A stretch of DNA of 64,000 bases from Antedon mediterranea (taxonomy: Eukaryota > Animalia > Echinodermata), in NCBI RefSeq assembly GCF_964355755.1, contig NC_092673.1, positions 6,448,001 through 6,512,000 of the forward strand, written 5' to 3'. Made by a program: the position numbers and the translations under genes. Shown in pieces: positions 17,101-29,927 of the stretch. A model generated the notes under the pieces. That model did not search any database, was not told where the DNA came from, and saw only the letters and a program-made list of their open reading frames with translations. Each line of letters starts with the position of its first letter. Positions within the stretch are counted from its first letter, which is position 1.

Positions 17101-20100
17101 CGTATACTAGTGCATAATGGTATACAAATAATAAAATAAAATTGTTACAGCGGATGACATGTCTAACAGAAATGTTTTCAGTTTGAATCTGTTTACTATT
17201 AATTGCATTTCATTTTCACATACAAACTTATAATTTATAACAGTGAATATTTGATTTGATTTATAACAGTGAATATTGATTTTTTGTCACATAAAGTTTG
17301 ATAGTGTAAACAGGGCTTTAGTGTTGGAAAAAGAAGGATTTAGGTAAATTCTTACAAAAACTTTCTCTAATGTTTAAAACTTTCCAAGAACAAGGTATCT
17401 AATATATCTGAAGAAAGACCATTTCAAAGTAGAGGAGAGATGAAGACAACAAGTAGAAGAAAAGACCAATAAAGGATTGTCTATACCTGATAAGCACTTT
17501 CCAACTGTTGTACAACAATCCCCGGTTTCATCACAAGAACTTCTCGTATTTTCACCTTTAACTGGTCAAAGGTTAACTTTGGTATGTTAGGAACCACAAT
17601 TTCATTTGGTCTGTGCCTTGGTTCTTTTGGCCTTGGTTCTATAGTAACAAGAATGTTATCAATATACCTTATTATATTATTTATCAGGCTCAATGACCAC
17701 ATAAAAGGACTCTACCATTGTTACAATGGGTCTGGGGGGCAATGTTGGGTGGGGTTGTTTTTTTATCTAGCTCTTCAATAGAATTAGGTTTAAACTGGTA
17801 CTACTGTATTTCTATTATATGCCTTTAATTTTTTCATATTCAACATTTGAGGCTTGGCATAACAAAAGCGATGCAGAGTCACAACCCCAACTGTTAAGAT
17901 ATTTAGTCTTGAAGTTTACAATGTGAAAAATGGCCTAACTAAGGCCAAAAACCATTCTATAAACACTTATCTTTGACAAATATCAGAACTATGTATATTT
18001 TGCAATTATTTAAGTCGTTTCCATGGAAAAAAAGGAAATTGTATTTGTGTTTACTAAAAAATAGACATTCTTTATTTGGTGTCTGTTTCTTTTTATTTAA
18101 TCTTAATTTTTAACAAACTAAAATCATGTAAATATAAATTGGTTTTAATAAGGTGTTGATGAGAATCTATGACTGTGATTGGCTATAAAGATTAAATACG
18201 CTCTCTGATTAGCCGACACTTTTGTTTACCTGGTGTATGAAAACGAGCATCAAAAAGCAGCCAATCACCAGTTGGATTTGGTCTTTCGATCGTGATGACA
18301 TCCGGCATAGCAGATACCAGGTCAATAACGCTAAAGAAGCCATACTTTGACAACTTAAGCTCAATGCCTGTTAATTTCTGTGAAGTCCAACATATTGTTA
18401 GTTTATAGATAAAAGATAAACTATGGTATTGGTTAAAGATAAACAATATGCATAAAATAGGTTATATAAGTTTATCTGAATAATGCACTTGCCAATTGTA
18501 TGACCCACTATACGACCCCGAGAGAGGTGCGTCATGGACGAGTCATTTTCAAATAATTATTGACACGGTTGCGTCAAAAAACCTAGATGGTACGTCACAT
18601 CAATGAACAATGGTGTGTCAATGTCCGTCACTTTACCGTCCACCATATCATGAACAACATGGTCACAGTGCATCAAAATGGATGTCATGGTCACGTAAAG
18701 TGGTCACGTTTTTGACGCAGGGGTGCGTCATAGTATTCATAATGTATGAAGAACAAAGGACAAATGCATAAAGTTGACAGTCATCTTTAAAATACATTAT
18801 TTATAATTTTACATTACTTATTTCTATTACAATTCAATTTCAATTCAACTTTTATTTCAGACAATTGTCCATATGGTATACATTCTTATTCATAATACAT
18901 TACAATAATTATATCCATCAATTAATATCATGATGTACGTAGATAGTTCATTAAGATTTCACTTACACAGTATGTATATGGTAGTTTGTTCGCCCATAAA
19001 CCATTGGTGTTTTTACTCAAAATCTGTGAAGAAAAGATATTAAATTTGTTGTATAAACCTATACAGACAGGATTGTTATGTACGGTGGAGAGGAAGAGGT
19101 GTATGTTTTAAGACTATGGTCAATCCCTTTGTCAGGGGACAGAGGACAACTCTATTGAGGGGACACTTTGTAGGAGGTTGTACTATGTGTAATATATCTA
19201 ATTTCTGTTTTCATATTAATGGATTGTTATTTTGTGGTTGTGGGGAAGGGGGGGGGGAGATGGGGTTTGTATATGTTTTAACACTATAGGGGTCGCTTTG
19301 TAGGAGGTCCTACTACCGGTACATGACATATATTGTATTTTTATCTTCAAATTACTGCATTTTAGATGTATAGAAATATTAAAATATACAATCTAAAATC
19401 AACAATTTTAGTTTAAAATTGTTCTCACCGTTCTAATGTTTTTAACGAAGGCATCGTCGAAGTTGTCCGATCGTTTTTGCTTGTTGCGAGTTTCAACTTT
19501 AGAGTTCGATACCGGATCTTGGTTTATAACTGGCTCTTCTGAAATATTACAACATTAATTATTAATATTAAAAAATTAATGAATATGTATTCATGTTTTT
19601 TTTTCATTTGTAAAATCATTGTTGAATGAATAAGTATGTGTACACACACACAGTTCTGTTAAGAGGGTCTAAACATAGAGTGGCAGGAACAATTAACATG
19701 TACATTCACAACCGTTTTATGTTTTACACTTGAATTTTTAACGTAGTGTATACTATAGAGATACTAAGGTCGATAGGTCATAAGTACAACATAGCAGCCC
19801 GAGTCTGTTAAGCCTGTTTTCCAACTGGCAAATGTGTTTGTGCCGTGCGAATCGAAAGCGTCAGCTTATACGCAAATTTAGCAAAATTAGTACAGTTGTT
19901 TGAATTGTTTCAACTGTTTCCAAAGGAAAAAATTGTGCAACCAATCAGAGCTCAAGAAATGACGTCGTTCATGAGCACTCATTTGGAAAACTATACAGAG
20001 ACATGTAATGAACATGAAATAGCAGCCTTCGCTCTACAGCAGTGGAAAGTAGCGCATTTTTTTTCTCCTCTGCAAAACCTTAGACTCAAGCGAATAAATT

Positions 20101-21159
20101 CGCCTAGTGGAAAACAGTCTTTATGAAACTTGAAGTTCAGGATAAAACTGGGTAATTAAATTGGATTTTTAATGGTTCTCGGTCTGGATTTAGCAGGCTT
20201 GAACAGAGACTGGTAATTTGGGACTGATATAATATATAAAAGGATGATAATTCTATGCAAATCAAGTTTTTTTTGTTCAGGCCAGCTGAAATGATCTATT
20301 ATATTATCCCTTGACCAGATTAATTTTACTTGGCCCAACGGAATAGATTTTTAAAAATTGAGAAGATACAGGTTTGAAATCGCTACATCTATGTCACCAA
20401 TCGGTTATGATTAATCAATTGACGTTGGTGGCGCTTGTGAATTCACTCACTTTGTTCTGTAACATTTGCTCTTGACAATACTGGCTGGTTATGCTGAATT
20501 TTCGCAAAAATTTTGTAACCCCCCGAACTTAATCTCTCAACTTCAATGCCAGGTATACAATTAAACAATTCTTGTAAACTTGAAAAACTCAATTTGTTGT
20601 AATCTATCATGTAACCATATTCATCGTTGAAAAGTGTTGGAAAATTTGATCCGTGAATTCCATTTGTAAACGAAGCGAGAAGTTCTTTTATTTCAAATTG
20701 TAAATGCGAAGGTACCACAGGTTTGTTCACCGGTTTAACTTGTTTCGGTTTACTGTCATAACTTGAATTTTGTCTTGTGCTAAAACTTGAGTTATTATAC
20801 ACTGGTACGGGCCTTCTGCTGGGGTTTTTTGGCGGTGCAGTAATTTTAGAAGTTCCGCCACGCTTTCTTGTGTCAATTTTCTGCCTCATCACCATTTTCT
20901 GTATGTGTCGAGTTGTGTCGTCACATATGCCCATAACTTTCATCTGACCACGATCCCATACAGGTTTTACAACGTCCTTCATGTCTCGAAATAGTTCACT
21001 CGCACTGTCATAGCCTAACTTCTGGTACGGCAACCTGTAGCCCATTACCGCCTGAAAATCCTCCTCAACTTGCCTGACAGTTAGGCCCAAAGGTGCTGAA
21101 ATGAGTAGGGCTCGCACTAACTTCTTAACATCCTCTTTTAATGCCGCTTTATCAGTCAT
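5115..21159 (-). CDS. TDRD5: TDRD5/tejas-like LOTUS-Tudor germ-granule protein. Coding exons: 21159-20451, 19538-19429, 19023-18967, 18377-18230, 17638-17488, 17033-16928, 16690-16638, 16118-15925, 15706-15559, 15052-14991, 14533-14467, 13696-13613, 13114-12995, 12483-12131, 11691-11580, 10593-10514, 9884-9810, 9536-9434, 7672-7581, 6682-6546, 6010-5115
   Basis: N-terminal extended LOTUS (VKKLVRALLISAPLGLT...LPYQKLGY...TTRHIQKMVMRQK), three further LOTUS-like segments, and a single extended Tudor (YIEVYVSNVTSPA...NWHRAIITG...VEVKYVDYGTVACVPKGLLRYLK...LTDTSTEEDIHINDVLV); all 20 introns join in frame at GT-AG sites. Confidence 0.88.
7391..7509. mobile_element. MITE family A, degenerate copy
   Basis: tgtctacactatcaaactttatgtgacaaaaaatgtgatgtgcc...actagtttgat. 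Confidence 0.75.
7785..8995. mobile_element. hAT-like non-autonomous DNA transposon (about 1.2 kb)
   Basis: TIR AGGGATGTCACCA...TGGTGACATCCCT; subterminal GGTCGG/CCGACC repeats; CpG-rich; no clear 8-bp TSD. Confidence 0.7.
10806..10873. repeat. 17-bp tandem repeat, four perfect copies
   Basis: gctgaaccaggtcaaag at 10806, 10823, 10840 and 10857. Confidence 0.95.
13262..13394. mobile_element. Family C element fragment
   Basis: Shares tgctcaacagaaa.tcatt.gaatagaaaa...ctttttcgt.aagaacaatc and the terminus cccaatcgaatacgaca with the insert at 21597-21805. Confidence 0.65.
14318..14457. mobile_element. MITE family A copy directly beside a TDRD5 splice donor
   Basis: Same internal sequence as the other family A copies; ends agtttgataatatagacacagct. 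Confidence 0.75.
18484..18750. mobile_element. MITE family D, copy lacking the right TIR
   Basis: Colinear with 26297-26560. Confidence 0.8.
19811..20120. mobile_element. Harbinger-like MITE
   Basis: TTA-AGCCTGTTTTCCA...TGGAAAACAGTCT-TTA. Confidence 0.75.
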
Positions 21160-21421
21160 GATTCTGATATGTTCGTCTTAGAATTGTGATTTAAAAAAAT
21201 GAAAATTACGCTACGATTAAAGGATGTTTATAACAAATCTTGTGAGAAACATTTCAAGAAGCACATGTAAAATTGTCACACGGATTCTTTTTTATAATCA
21301 TAAAAAAGGTTATGACGATACGGTCGAGTGCACACCAGGTCAGGCACGTGTTTTTATAGAGGGCGACATAGTCATTTTCTATTATATCGAAGAGAATCCG
21401 TCCAATTGCACTCTTGATTTG

Positions 21422-21935
21422 AGGCCCATTTACACTAGGATGATAACTATCGACGATATTATGATTATTCCTACATAAAACAAAAGATATCTTAAAGGTT
21501 TTCGTTCTAGGATAATCATCTATGCTGCCTTTGATGAAATATTTTCACATGTCCAATCAAATGAGGTCATGATTAGTGAGAGCAATAATATTTGTCATTG
21601 TCGTATTCGATTGGGAACTTTCGTTGTCAACGTAAAGATTCGTTGAGTACTTTTTGTATTCGAATTGTAAATTTGTGCTCAACAGAAAGTCATTCGAATA
21701 GAAAACGTTGACAACGGAAGCTTTTTCGTTAAGAACAATCGCAACGCTCAAAATACTCCGTTAAAGAAGTACTCAACGGAAAAACTACTCAACGAATACG
21801 ACAATTGTGATAATACAATGATAATTGTTCTTAATATTGATCATGACATCATTTGATTGGGTTTAAAAAAAAGACTTTTTTCTAATTTCTTTTATTTCAT
21901 GTTTTTATCGTTATCATCCTAGTGTCCATGGGCAT
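21422..21935. mobile_element. Harbinger-like MITE family B with a nested family C element (about 21597-21805)
   Basis: TIR AGGCCCATTTACACTAGGA; uninterrupted relatives at 24834-25099 and 43614-43974; the insert has TIR ATTGTCGTATTCG...CGAATACGACAAT. Confidence 0.8.
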
Positions 21936-22648
21936 CTATTTAAATGTATATAATTTGACTGTCCACTCGATATTTATTTGTTGTAACAGTATGGTATCCA
22001 GTTTATTTGCTGATGGGCAGTTTTCCAAAAACAAAAGATTATATTTATTATTACAAATCCTCTGCCTATAGTTAGAAACAATAGAGGGTATGTACTGTAA
22101 CAAAAGCCGAACTGACTGAGAAATAAACAATTCAATACCATTGATGTTTAAATTACTTTAATGTTCACTTTTAAGTATCTTAAAAAAAAACAAAAATTAA
22201 AAACAAAAAGGTGTTGAAATGTCCAAGTGATAGAATCATGTGAAAATGTCCAAAGTTAAATTAACAAAATTTATGTAAATAATAATTTGCACAACTTTTA
22301 AGTCGATATGCAATACAATTATTTTATCTATTCTCTAAAAAACAAAAATGTGTTATAAATTTCATCTATAAATATGTGTAAAAATATACCACCAATTATG
22401 AGTAATAGTTTTGACATATAATATTAGTCACTCAGTTTGTTTATAGCCCAATAAAGTTAATAATTAACATTTGTTTACTAACAATGATTACTTAAACACT
22501 CAAAAGTAAACAAATATTAGTCATGTTTACACATGGCAAGAAAAGTACTTTCCTCATTATTTTGTTATTATGTTAAAGGCACAATTAGAGGGTGTACGAA
22601 TGTGTTAAGATTCTACTGTCAACAAAATAAAAAAAAAGAAATGGCTAA

Positions 22649-22746
22649 AGCTTGGTTCCCACTAGGATGCAATTGAAATGCAAGGAAGTTGACCAATCAC
22701 AGGCCTCAGTTTGGAAAATACATGACATCATAGTGGGAACCAAGCT
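22649..22746. mobile_element. Very short MITE (about 100 bp)
   Basis: AGCTTGGTTCCCACTA...TAGTGGGAACCAAGCT perfect 16-bp TIR with TWA flanks. Confidence 0.75.
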
Positions 22747-22806
22747 TTAGTGTTAATATTGCTGTGCTTTGTTATATAATTCAAACAAAAATGTGTTATA
22801 AGTTTA

Positions 22807-22921
22807 AGCTCTGTCTACATATCAAACTAGTTTGACAATGTGCCCAAATATGGTAGTGATATGACATCATCATGTCCACATCACATTTTTTGTCACATAA
22901 AGTTTGATAGTGTAGACAGCT
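22807..22921. mobile_element. MITE family A, internally deleted copy
   Basis: TTA-AGCTCTGTCTACA...GTGTAGACAGCT-TTA. Confidence 0.8.
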
Positions 22922-23251
22922 TTAGTTTTCCAATTCTCATGGTAGGCCTAAACATTCAATGTGACCACCTTAAATATATGCTAATGTGTGAACACCTGGA
23001 TCTGTATTTAAAGATTCATTGCGAAAAAAAGCTACATAGTTTGTACAGTGTTTTCTTGTTTTTTTAAAAAATCCAGTGCCATCATTTGAATTGAAGCAGT
23101 TCTAATATTTATGTGCTGTAGGTAAATTCAATATTTCAATACATATTCGAAGATAGCAAACTTAAATGTTGCCGATGCGTCAGAAAGGTATGTATTATTT
23201 TAATGGTAACCAAGGTTACATGAATTACAGTAAACTACACTATACACAAAC

Positions 23252-26200
23252 TCATTCAAATTCTGCTATAAGAATCATAAGGGCGATTCCGGTTAAAATA
23301 GCTACAATTTCCATGATTGAGCGCAAAATTGTTGACTCTTCTTCTAGCAATTCCGGAATGACTGAGACGGTAGCTATGTAAATGAAACCCCCGGCTGTGA
23401 ATGGTAGAATCCATAATGTTCCTGCGTCGCCTGCTCCTTCAGCAAGTAGTCCGCAGACGCATCCTGCGAGAGCTCCGACAGCTGTTACAAGCTGTAGCAT
23501 CATAGCCTGTGAAGAATAAAGAATACAAATTGAAGTTAAAAACAATTTAATTCAGGTACATTTTGTACTTCTATGTTGGGCAATTTTAATGTAATCTTAG
23601 GTTGCATTCAGATGCGAATGACCAACTGTGTATGGGCTAAAAGTTGTATGCTACTCCATAATAAATATTGCAAAAATCATTCAAGTCATGGATGCATTTA
23701 CAGTGTTTCTCAATAGGGTCCTTTCAGTGTCATAGGTATTATAAAATTACTCCATTGCATAGAGTTCACTGCCTAGATAATTTGCAATAATCGTTAGCTA
23801 CAATACAGGTATGTACATGTTTAACCACCTCCTTATTGTATGTGTTAAACGTGTTATCATTTTAAATCTAGGGTTAGTAGCCATTATTTGGAAATAATAG
23901 CAGAATTTCTGAACTGTTATTACTAGGAAAAAAAAAGGAAATGTTTACAACACAACATTATCACTTTCAGGTAGTTGCTTACGATAGGTAGGCTACATGT
24001 ACAAAAAATGATGCATGGTCCAGACTGAGTTGGCATAAACTTAAATAATAAATCTGCTTACCTTTCTTTTAGTGCATCCTGATTGGACGAGAATTGCGAA
24101 ATCGCCTATTTCATGCGGTACTTCATGTAGAAGGATTGTTAGTGTGGTTACTATGCCAACATTAGTACTGATCAAGAACGACGCACCAATCGCGAGACCA
24201 TCTGTGAAATTATGAGTGCAATCCGCGGCCAGGTTGAGATAGCCGGACACTTTGATTTCCACTTCTGGGGTTTCTTCTTCTAAAAACAAAAGAATGATAT
24301 TGATAAAAAAATATACTAAATAATAACTGTATTACATTTCTAGCTACCGGTAGTTGTCATTGTTACAGTTAAGCTCTGTCTACACTATCAAACTAGTTTG
24401 ACAAAAAAATGTGATGTGCCCAAATATGGTACTGATATGACATCATCATGTCCATACAGTATATGGGCACATCACATTTTTGTCACATAAAGTTTGATAG
24501 CGTAGACAGAGCTTAAAGTTAATAAGGCCACAGTTGCAATTAACCAACCATCCCTAATGACCTATTAATAGTCAAGTTATTCCAGGTCGCCACCCATCCC
24601 TCTCAACTTCTCCTGATTTCGCAAATCCTTTCTACATAACAAGTTAACCATAGAAACATAAAAAAAAACCATTAAAACAATAACAAAATTGCAAAAGAGT
24701 AAAAAAGGTATAACAAATTTATTCAAAAACAAAAATAAATTTAAAGTTAAATCCAGGCCATGGAAAGCTAATAATAGCATGGAGGCGGGCTTCACTGTCA
24801 ACTTCTTCAGCAGCAGCAATTTGAATAGGTTAAAGGCCCATTTACACTAGGACGATAACGATCAACGATAAAGAGATACAGTAAGCATGCATTTTTCATA
24901 CATAAAATAAAAGTTTTCATTCTAGAACTAAAGGATTTATGCTGTCTTTGATAAAAATATTATTTTTTTAAACCCAATCAAATGACGTCATGATAAATAA
25001 AAACAATAAAATATTACAATATTAGTGCTCTTAACTATTCTTTTTTTTTTGTATGAACAATTAATCGGCGTTCATTATCGTCCTAGTTTAAATGGGCCTT
25101 AAGCGTGTTTATATTCAACATATTGAATTGAGCACAACCCTGGATCCTTTCCTGGCTTTAGTTATTTTTTGGACCAATTAACTGCTGTTGCTGTATCAAA
25201 ATATTATCGTCACCAAGCATGCATGCAAAAACCAAAATAACAATGTGCTTTGACACAATACAATTTATTAATCAACAACATACAGTGACATAATAGACTA
25301 AATGTGGCCTTTGTTTTGGGTCTATTGTGTATTCTGTTGGTGTAATTTCAGTGTTTATATATTTGGTTGAAGTGTTAAAAATCAATTTAGATTTCTCGGA
25401 ATCTGTCTACTTTTCATAATTATCGTGAGAACTTACAAATAGTTACGGTACGGTAAACACATTGGAATTGGCTGTGATTTTAGGAAGGCTTTTTGGGAGT
25501 TACAGCACTTTAAATTGGAGTTTGATTTGATTTTAAAAAGAACAAAACAGAGAGAAGATATAAATGGAAACACAATTAAAAAGTTAAGAAAAAATTATTT
25601 AATGCCTGAACCAAATTAATCCTGGTTATCCTTAACCAGATGTACAGTATTTTCAATGGGCTCCAAACGTCCAGAGAAATTATTGAGTTATTATGAATAA
25701 TTATATCATATGTATGGTTAAAAAGCTTGATTCATAATTAAAATAAATGACAATATATTATAAAGTTAAAAATTTTTCAAATAATAAATCGGGATTTCAT
25801 CGAGAGCTATAGACGATGACTTGAATAAAAGAATATAAAACTTTACAATTTTTTTTATCATCAGTTCAGCGTATGTTGGTGTTGAGTGGGTTGGTATTAT
25901 AATTCATTACAGTAGTATATTAACAAGGGTAGAGTAGGTATCACAAAGGGTTAAAAAACAACCACCAACAAACGCCCAAAACACTTGCGTTTTGCTACTT
26001 CCGCTTCTTTCTTCGATTTGCTTTTTACAAGCCCTTTCAAACCTGAAGAATATTCAACACTACATTGTAGTACTGCAATTTGATCATGGAATTGTAAATA
26101 AATCAGTTTTACTTTTAATAATAAATTATTTGATAATAACTGTAATAATATGACCAGGGGTCTGGGTATGAAATTTAGCGGTGGGATTATAATTGGATTC

Positions 26201-27515
26201 CAAAATCAGAAGTCCAAATTTAGACTAGAAAATAGAAGATGGCATTAATTGTACATACTTGATTATACTTGCTCATGCGTTGTACGATGGTAGTAATGCA
26301 CTTGTCAATTGTATGACTCACTATACGACCCCCGGGAGAGGTGCGTCATGGGTGCGTCATTTACAAATAATTACTGACGCAGGGGTGCGTCAAAAAACCT
26401 ATATGGTACGTCACATCAATGAACAAGGTATGTCCGTCACTTTACCACCCACCATATCATAAACAACATGGTCACAGTGCGTCAAAATGGGTGCGTCATG
26501 GTCACCTAAAGGTAAGTCACCTTTTTGACGCACGGGTGCGTCATGGTATTCAAAAGTATGACGCACATCGGACAAATGACGCACCTCTCCCGGGGGTCGT
26601 ATAGTGGGTCATACAATTGACAAGTGCATAATAAAACTTACTTTTTGTTACTCCTTTTTTCTCTTTTTTGTCCTCCTCATCTTTCGATACCTCTTCTTTT
26701 GATTCATCTTTCTTTGACTTGTTCAGATCTTTTTTAACTGGTGGAGAACCATGGGAATGACCGTGACCACCTTTGACTAACCGGACAAACTTCTCAACGA
26801 CCAGGAAAGCAACAATGCCGCCAAGGACCCAAAGACCTACGGACATGTCATGCGCATGGCCCTCTGAATCATGCGAATGTTCATGATGGCTGTGTCCATG
26901 ATCATCGCCACCATGACTATGTGGATTGACGGCGTGTGGAATGAGGTGCAGAAAAGCATCTCCGAGAAGACCTCCAGAAGCAAAGGCAAGCAGCACTTTC
27001 AGAAGAGGTCCTTGTGCGTTGCTCTGGTCCAGTGGAATCACAAAGAGTATGGCAAATGGTGCAGCACTTATCAAGACAGTAGCGCCGATAGCCTGCCACC
27101 ACATTGTGGCAGTGTCTCTATCTGGTTTTCTTGGTTCCTCTTCATGGTGATGGTGTTCTTCTGGGTCATGCTTAATGGCTGGCTCTGATTGTTGTGTAGG
27201 TGGTTCAGCAATTGGAGGGGGAGCATTAGCTTCTTTTGAATATCTATTTTTTGTTGCTTGTTTGGGGTCTGCATCATGCCCATGTCCGCCGTGTCCACCG
27301 TGACTGTGCCCACCGTGACTGTGACCGTGGCCTTCGCCATGGCTGTGAGCATGCCCGCCTCCGTGGCTGTGAGCGTGCCCGCCTCCGTGGCTGTGAGCGT
27401 GTACGCCGTGGCCTCCGTGAGAATGACCATGGCCTAGCACAAAACTAGCAACGCAAAGTCCAATAAAAACAAAACTGACGAACCGAACGGTAGATAAATT
27501 ACCAACAGACGGCAT
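23252..27515 (-). CDS. SLC39A7: Zinc transporter ZIP7 (LIV-1 subfamily, Catsup/HKE4). Exons 27515-26642, [optional 26042-25989], 24279-24062, 23506-23252
   Basis: Signal peptide, His/Gly-rich ectodomain, [57 protein letters not shown] and [23 protein letters not shown] motifs. Confidence 0.96.
24372..24513. mobile_element. MITE family A, near-intact copy
   Basis: AGCTCTGTCTACACTATCAAACT...AGTTTGATAGCGTAGACAGAGCT flanked by TWA. Confidence 0.85.
24834..25099. mobile_element. MITE family B copy
   Basis: TAA-AGGCCCATTTACACTAGGACGATAA...TTATCGTCCTAGTTTAAATGGGCCT-TAA. Confidence 0.85.
26297..26628. mobile_element. MITE family D with long (about 50 bp) TIRs and TAA target duplication
   Basis: TAA-TGCACTTGTCAATTGTATGAC.CACTATACGACCCCCGGGAGAGGTGCGTCAT...ATGACGCACCTCTCCCGGGGGTCGTATAGTGGGTCATACAATTGACAAGTGCA-TAA. 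Confidence 0.9.
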
Positions 27516-29780
27516 TTTAATATGAACTGGTTGTTTAAATTCCTAGTTAATTAATAATCCTGTCAACACCCAATTTGTTATTTCAACAAGAGCCCTCGAT
27601 CAATCACTCACTCTCTCGGCACAAAAAAGTGGTAAATACACGTGGCATGAAATAGAGGGCGGCAGACAGGATTTTAAATCAATCATACGTGTTTCAAAAC
27701 GACTTACCGGTTTACCGTATTATGTATTACTGTACAGTATTATGTTTTGAAAAGTTAGTTAGCCCAACTGGTAAAAAGTATGTAGCCTATGATCTTTCAC
27801 ATGAATTTTCGCGGATATAGTACCAGTATGTCTCAATCACTGGAGGCCGTTTTGGAATCATAATTTGTTTGACCTATCTATCTATTTCCTTGTAAATTAA
27901 ATGCCTTTTTAATATTAATTATATTTTCACTAATTTCATTCAATCTCGATATTATCTCAAATAACTTGAAAAACTTATATATCTCAGTGTATTGCTAGGA
28001 TCACAAACAAGGCAGTGAGCATGAGTATTGGTTCCCTATGTTTAGACACAACTAATGTCATGCGGATGCAACCGAAGAGCTCAGTTACAAAGTAAAGTAG
28101 GACACTACAGCACTTTATCCAACAATTGTTAAATGTAGTGCGTTAACATAATTTTCTTTAAATATAATGTATGTCACTTAAAAATTGCAAGAATGCATGC
28201 ATTAAAAAAATAATCACAAATATTCACGTGTTACTTGCATGTGGCAAGCAAAGAGGGAGAACATGTCTTTTATAATTGATATTGTTTTTAATAATACAAG
28301 AACATATACAAATTATGTGTGTCGAATGTTTTTAGAGAAAAGAGAGAATATATAACGTAAATAAAATAAAAGAAAAAAAACACAGTAGGCTATTCAATTT
28401 AAAGAAATTGTTGTATTATTTAAAGAAAAATATCGTTCAAATTAATTATCATAAACAATTGCGTGATTCATATCGTCAGTTTAATTTTCGAGTAGGCTAT
28501 AAAACCAATAATGACATGCGAAAACGTAAGACAGGTTAAATATACATTTTCTAGTTTGTGGAAAATGATAATTAATAAAGTAAAGTAAAAGTCATAAAAA
28601 AGTAGAAAATATGGATCTTTTACTTACTTATGCATGATTTGATTTGACCTTATACATTGTTTTATTGGGTTAGAAACTTAATTGTTCCCCTTTTGGCTAC
28701 TAGATTGAACACACTCTCTAAACCTCATTGACTTATCATCTCCTACACTTACCTATTTTAATGTATTTTGTATTACCAACACTCAGGCTATAGTACAATG
28801 GAGCTGTTTTAACATTATCATTATCATCGAAGAGCAGAGGCCGGATTTATCGAACTTGCTTAGAATAAAAGAAATCGTCTTATGCTAACAACTATAGCAG
28901 TTTCACGAATAAGCCTATATTGCTTTGGCGGTTCTTACTATTTTAGTTAAGCAACAATATAAGACAATAAAATACCAACTCAGAAAACTTTTGTAAACTA
29001 AAATAAAACAAGTAGGGTTCTCTTCCCTGGTATATCATTATCTTTCTTTTCTCACTCTAAATGTGGTTGGAGAAAAAATGTAACTAGCTAACACCATACA
29101 TTCTCATTGCTACCATTTCCATACCGATCCGAGTATTTTCATTTAAGTTTCGAGGCAAATGTTATTTTATTAGAGTTATTAGAGTATTTCTTTTTAATAT
29201 ATTATTTTCTTTCTAAAGCCAAATATAAATTAATATTGTTCTTCTCTTGTAGATTTTCTTTAAATAACTAGAAACACAAATTCACAGAGATTCATACGGA
29301 AATTGTGCACGTTTTTGTTTATTAAAAGATTCACATTTATTGTATTGGCACATTATTAAAATAGGCATAAGATTAAAACTAGGTCCAGGGCCTAGACTAG
29401 GGCTACTTACTTCTATTAAAGAAAGCATAGGGACCGAGTGATTTTTATTCGGAATCGGAAGAATTACCGAGAAAGGGTCAAACCTAGCCCTTCCTAAAAT
29501 TGAGATCCTGCCGTTTCCTCTCCTGTTTTTTGCCATATTTATTATGTATTCCACTGTTAGCAGGTACATGTTAGGACATTTTGGTAGACTAAGCCCTTTT
29601 TGACAATTTAAAAATGAAACACTAGTAGGCCTACTTATTTTTTTTAGCATAGGCCTACTGATAAAATGATAGATGGAATTTCGAATACTGTATCCTGGCA
29701 ACCATGGAACATTTCGACCGCGTATATAGAACAAAAAGATGCATTTCGAACATGTGAACGCACACGCGCTCAAAATCATC

Positions 29781-29927
29781 TATATAAGCAGCGCATCGAT
29801 CACCTAAAAATCGACAACAACTTGAGATTTCTCTCTCTACCAGTTGTTTTTAACGTGCTGTATAGTATTCACATAACGTATTGCTAAGCAAGTTTCGAAT
29901 TCGAAAACATTCACACGAAGAAGAAGG
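29781..29927 (+). promoter_or_regulatory. Candidate TATA box and non-coding first exon of the kinase gene
   Basis: TATATAAG at 29781 in a CpG-containing patch; donor AGG|GTAGGC at about 29927; acceptor ttttttcaattaagtag at 30642. Confidence 0.45.

Noticed and set aside
26259-26641. C-terminal extension of the ZIP7 ORF ([19 protein letters not shown]) and a similar plus-strand ORF
   Set aside because: Read-through past the donor at 26642 into the TIRs of MITE family D
29282-29779. 165-aa minus-strand ORF
   Set aside because: No recognisable domain, non-ATG start and promoter-like context
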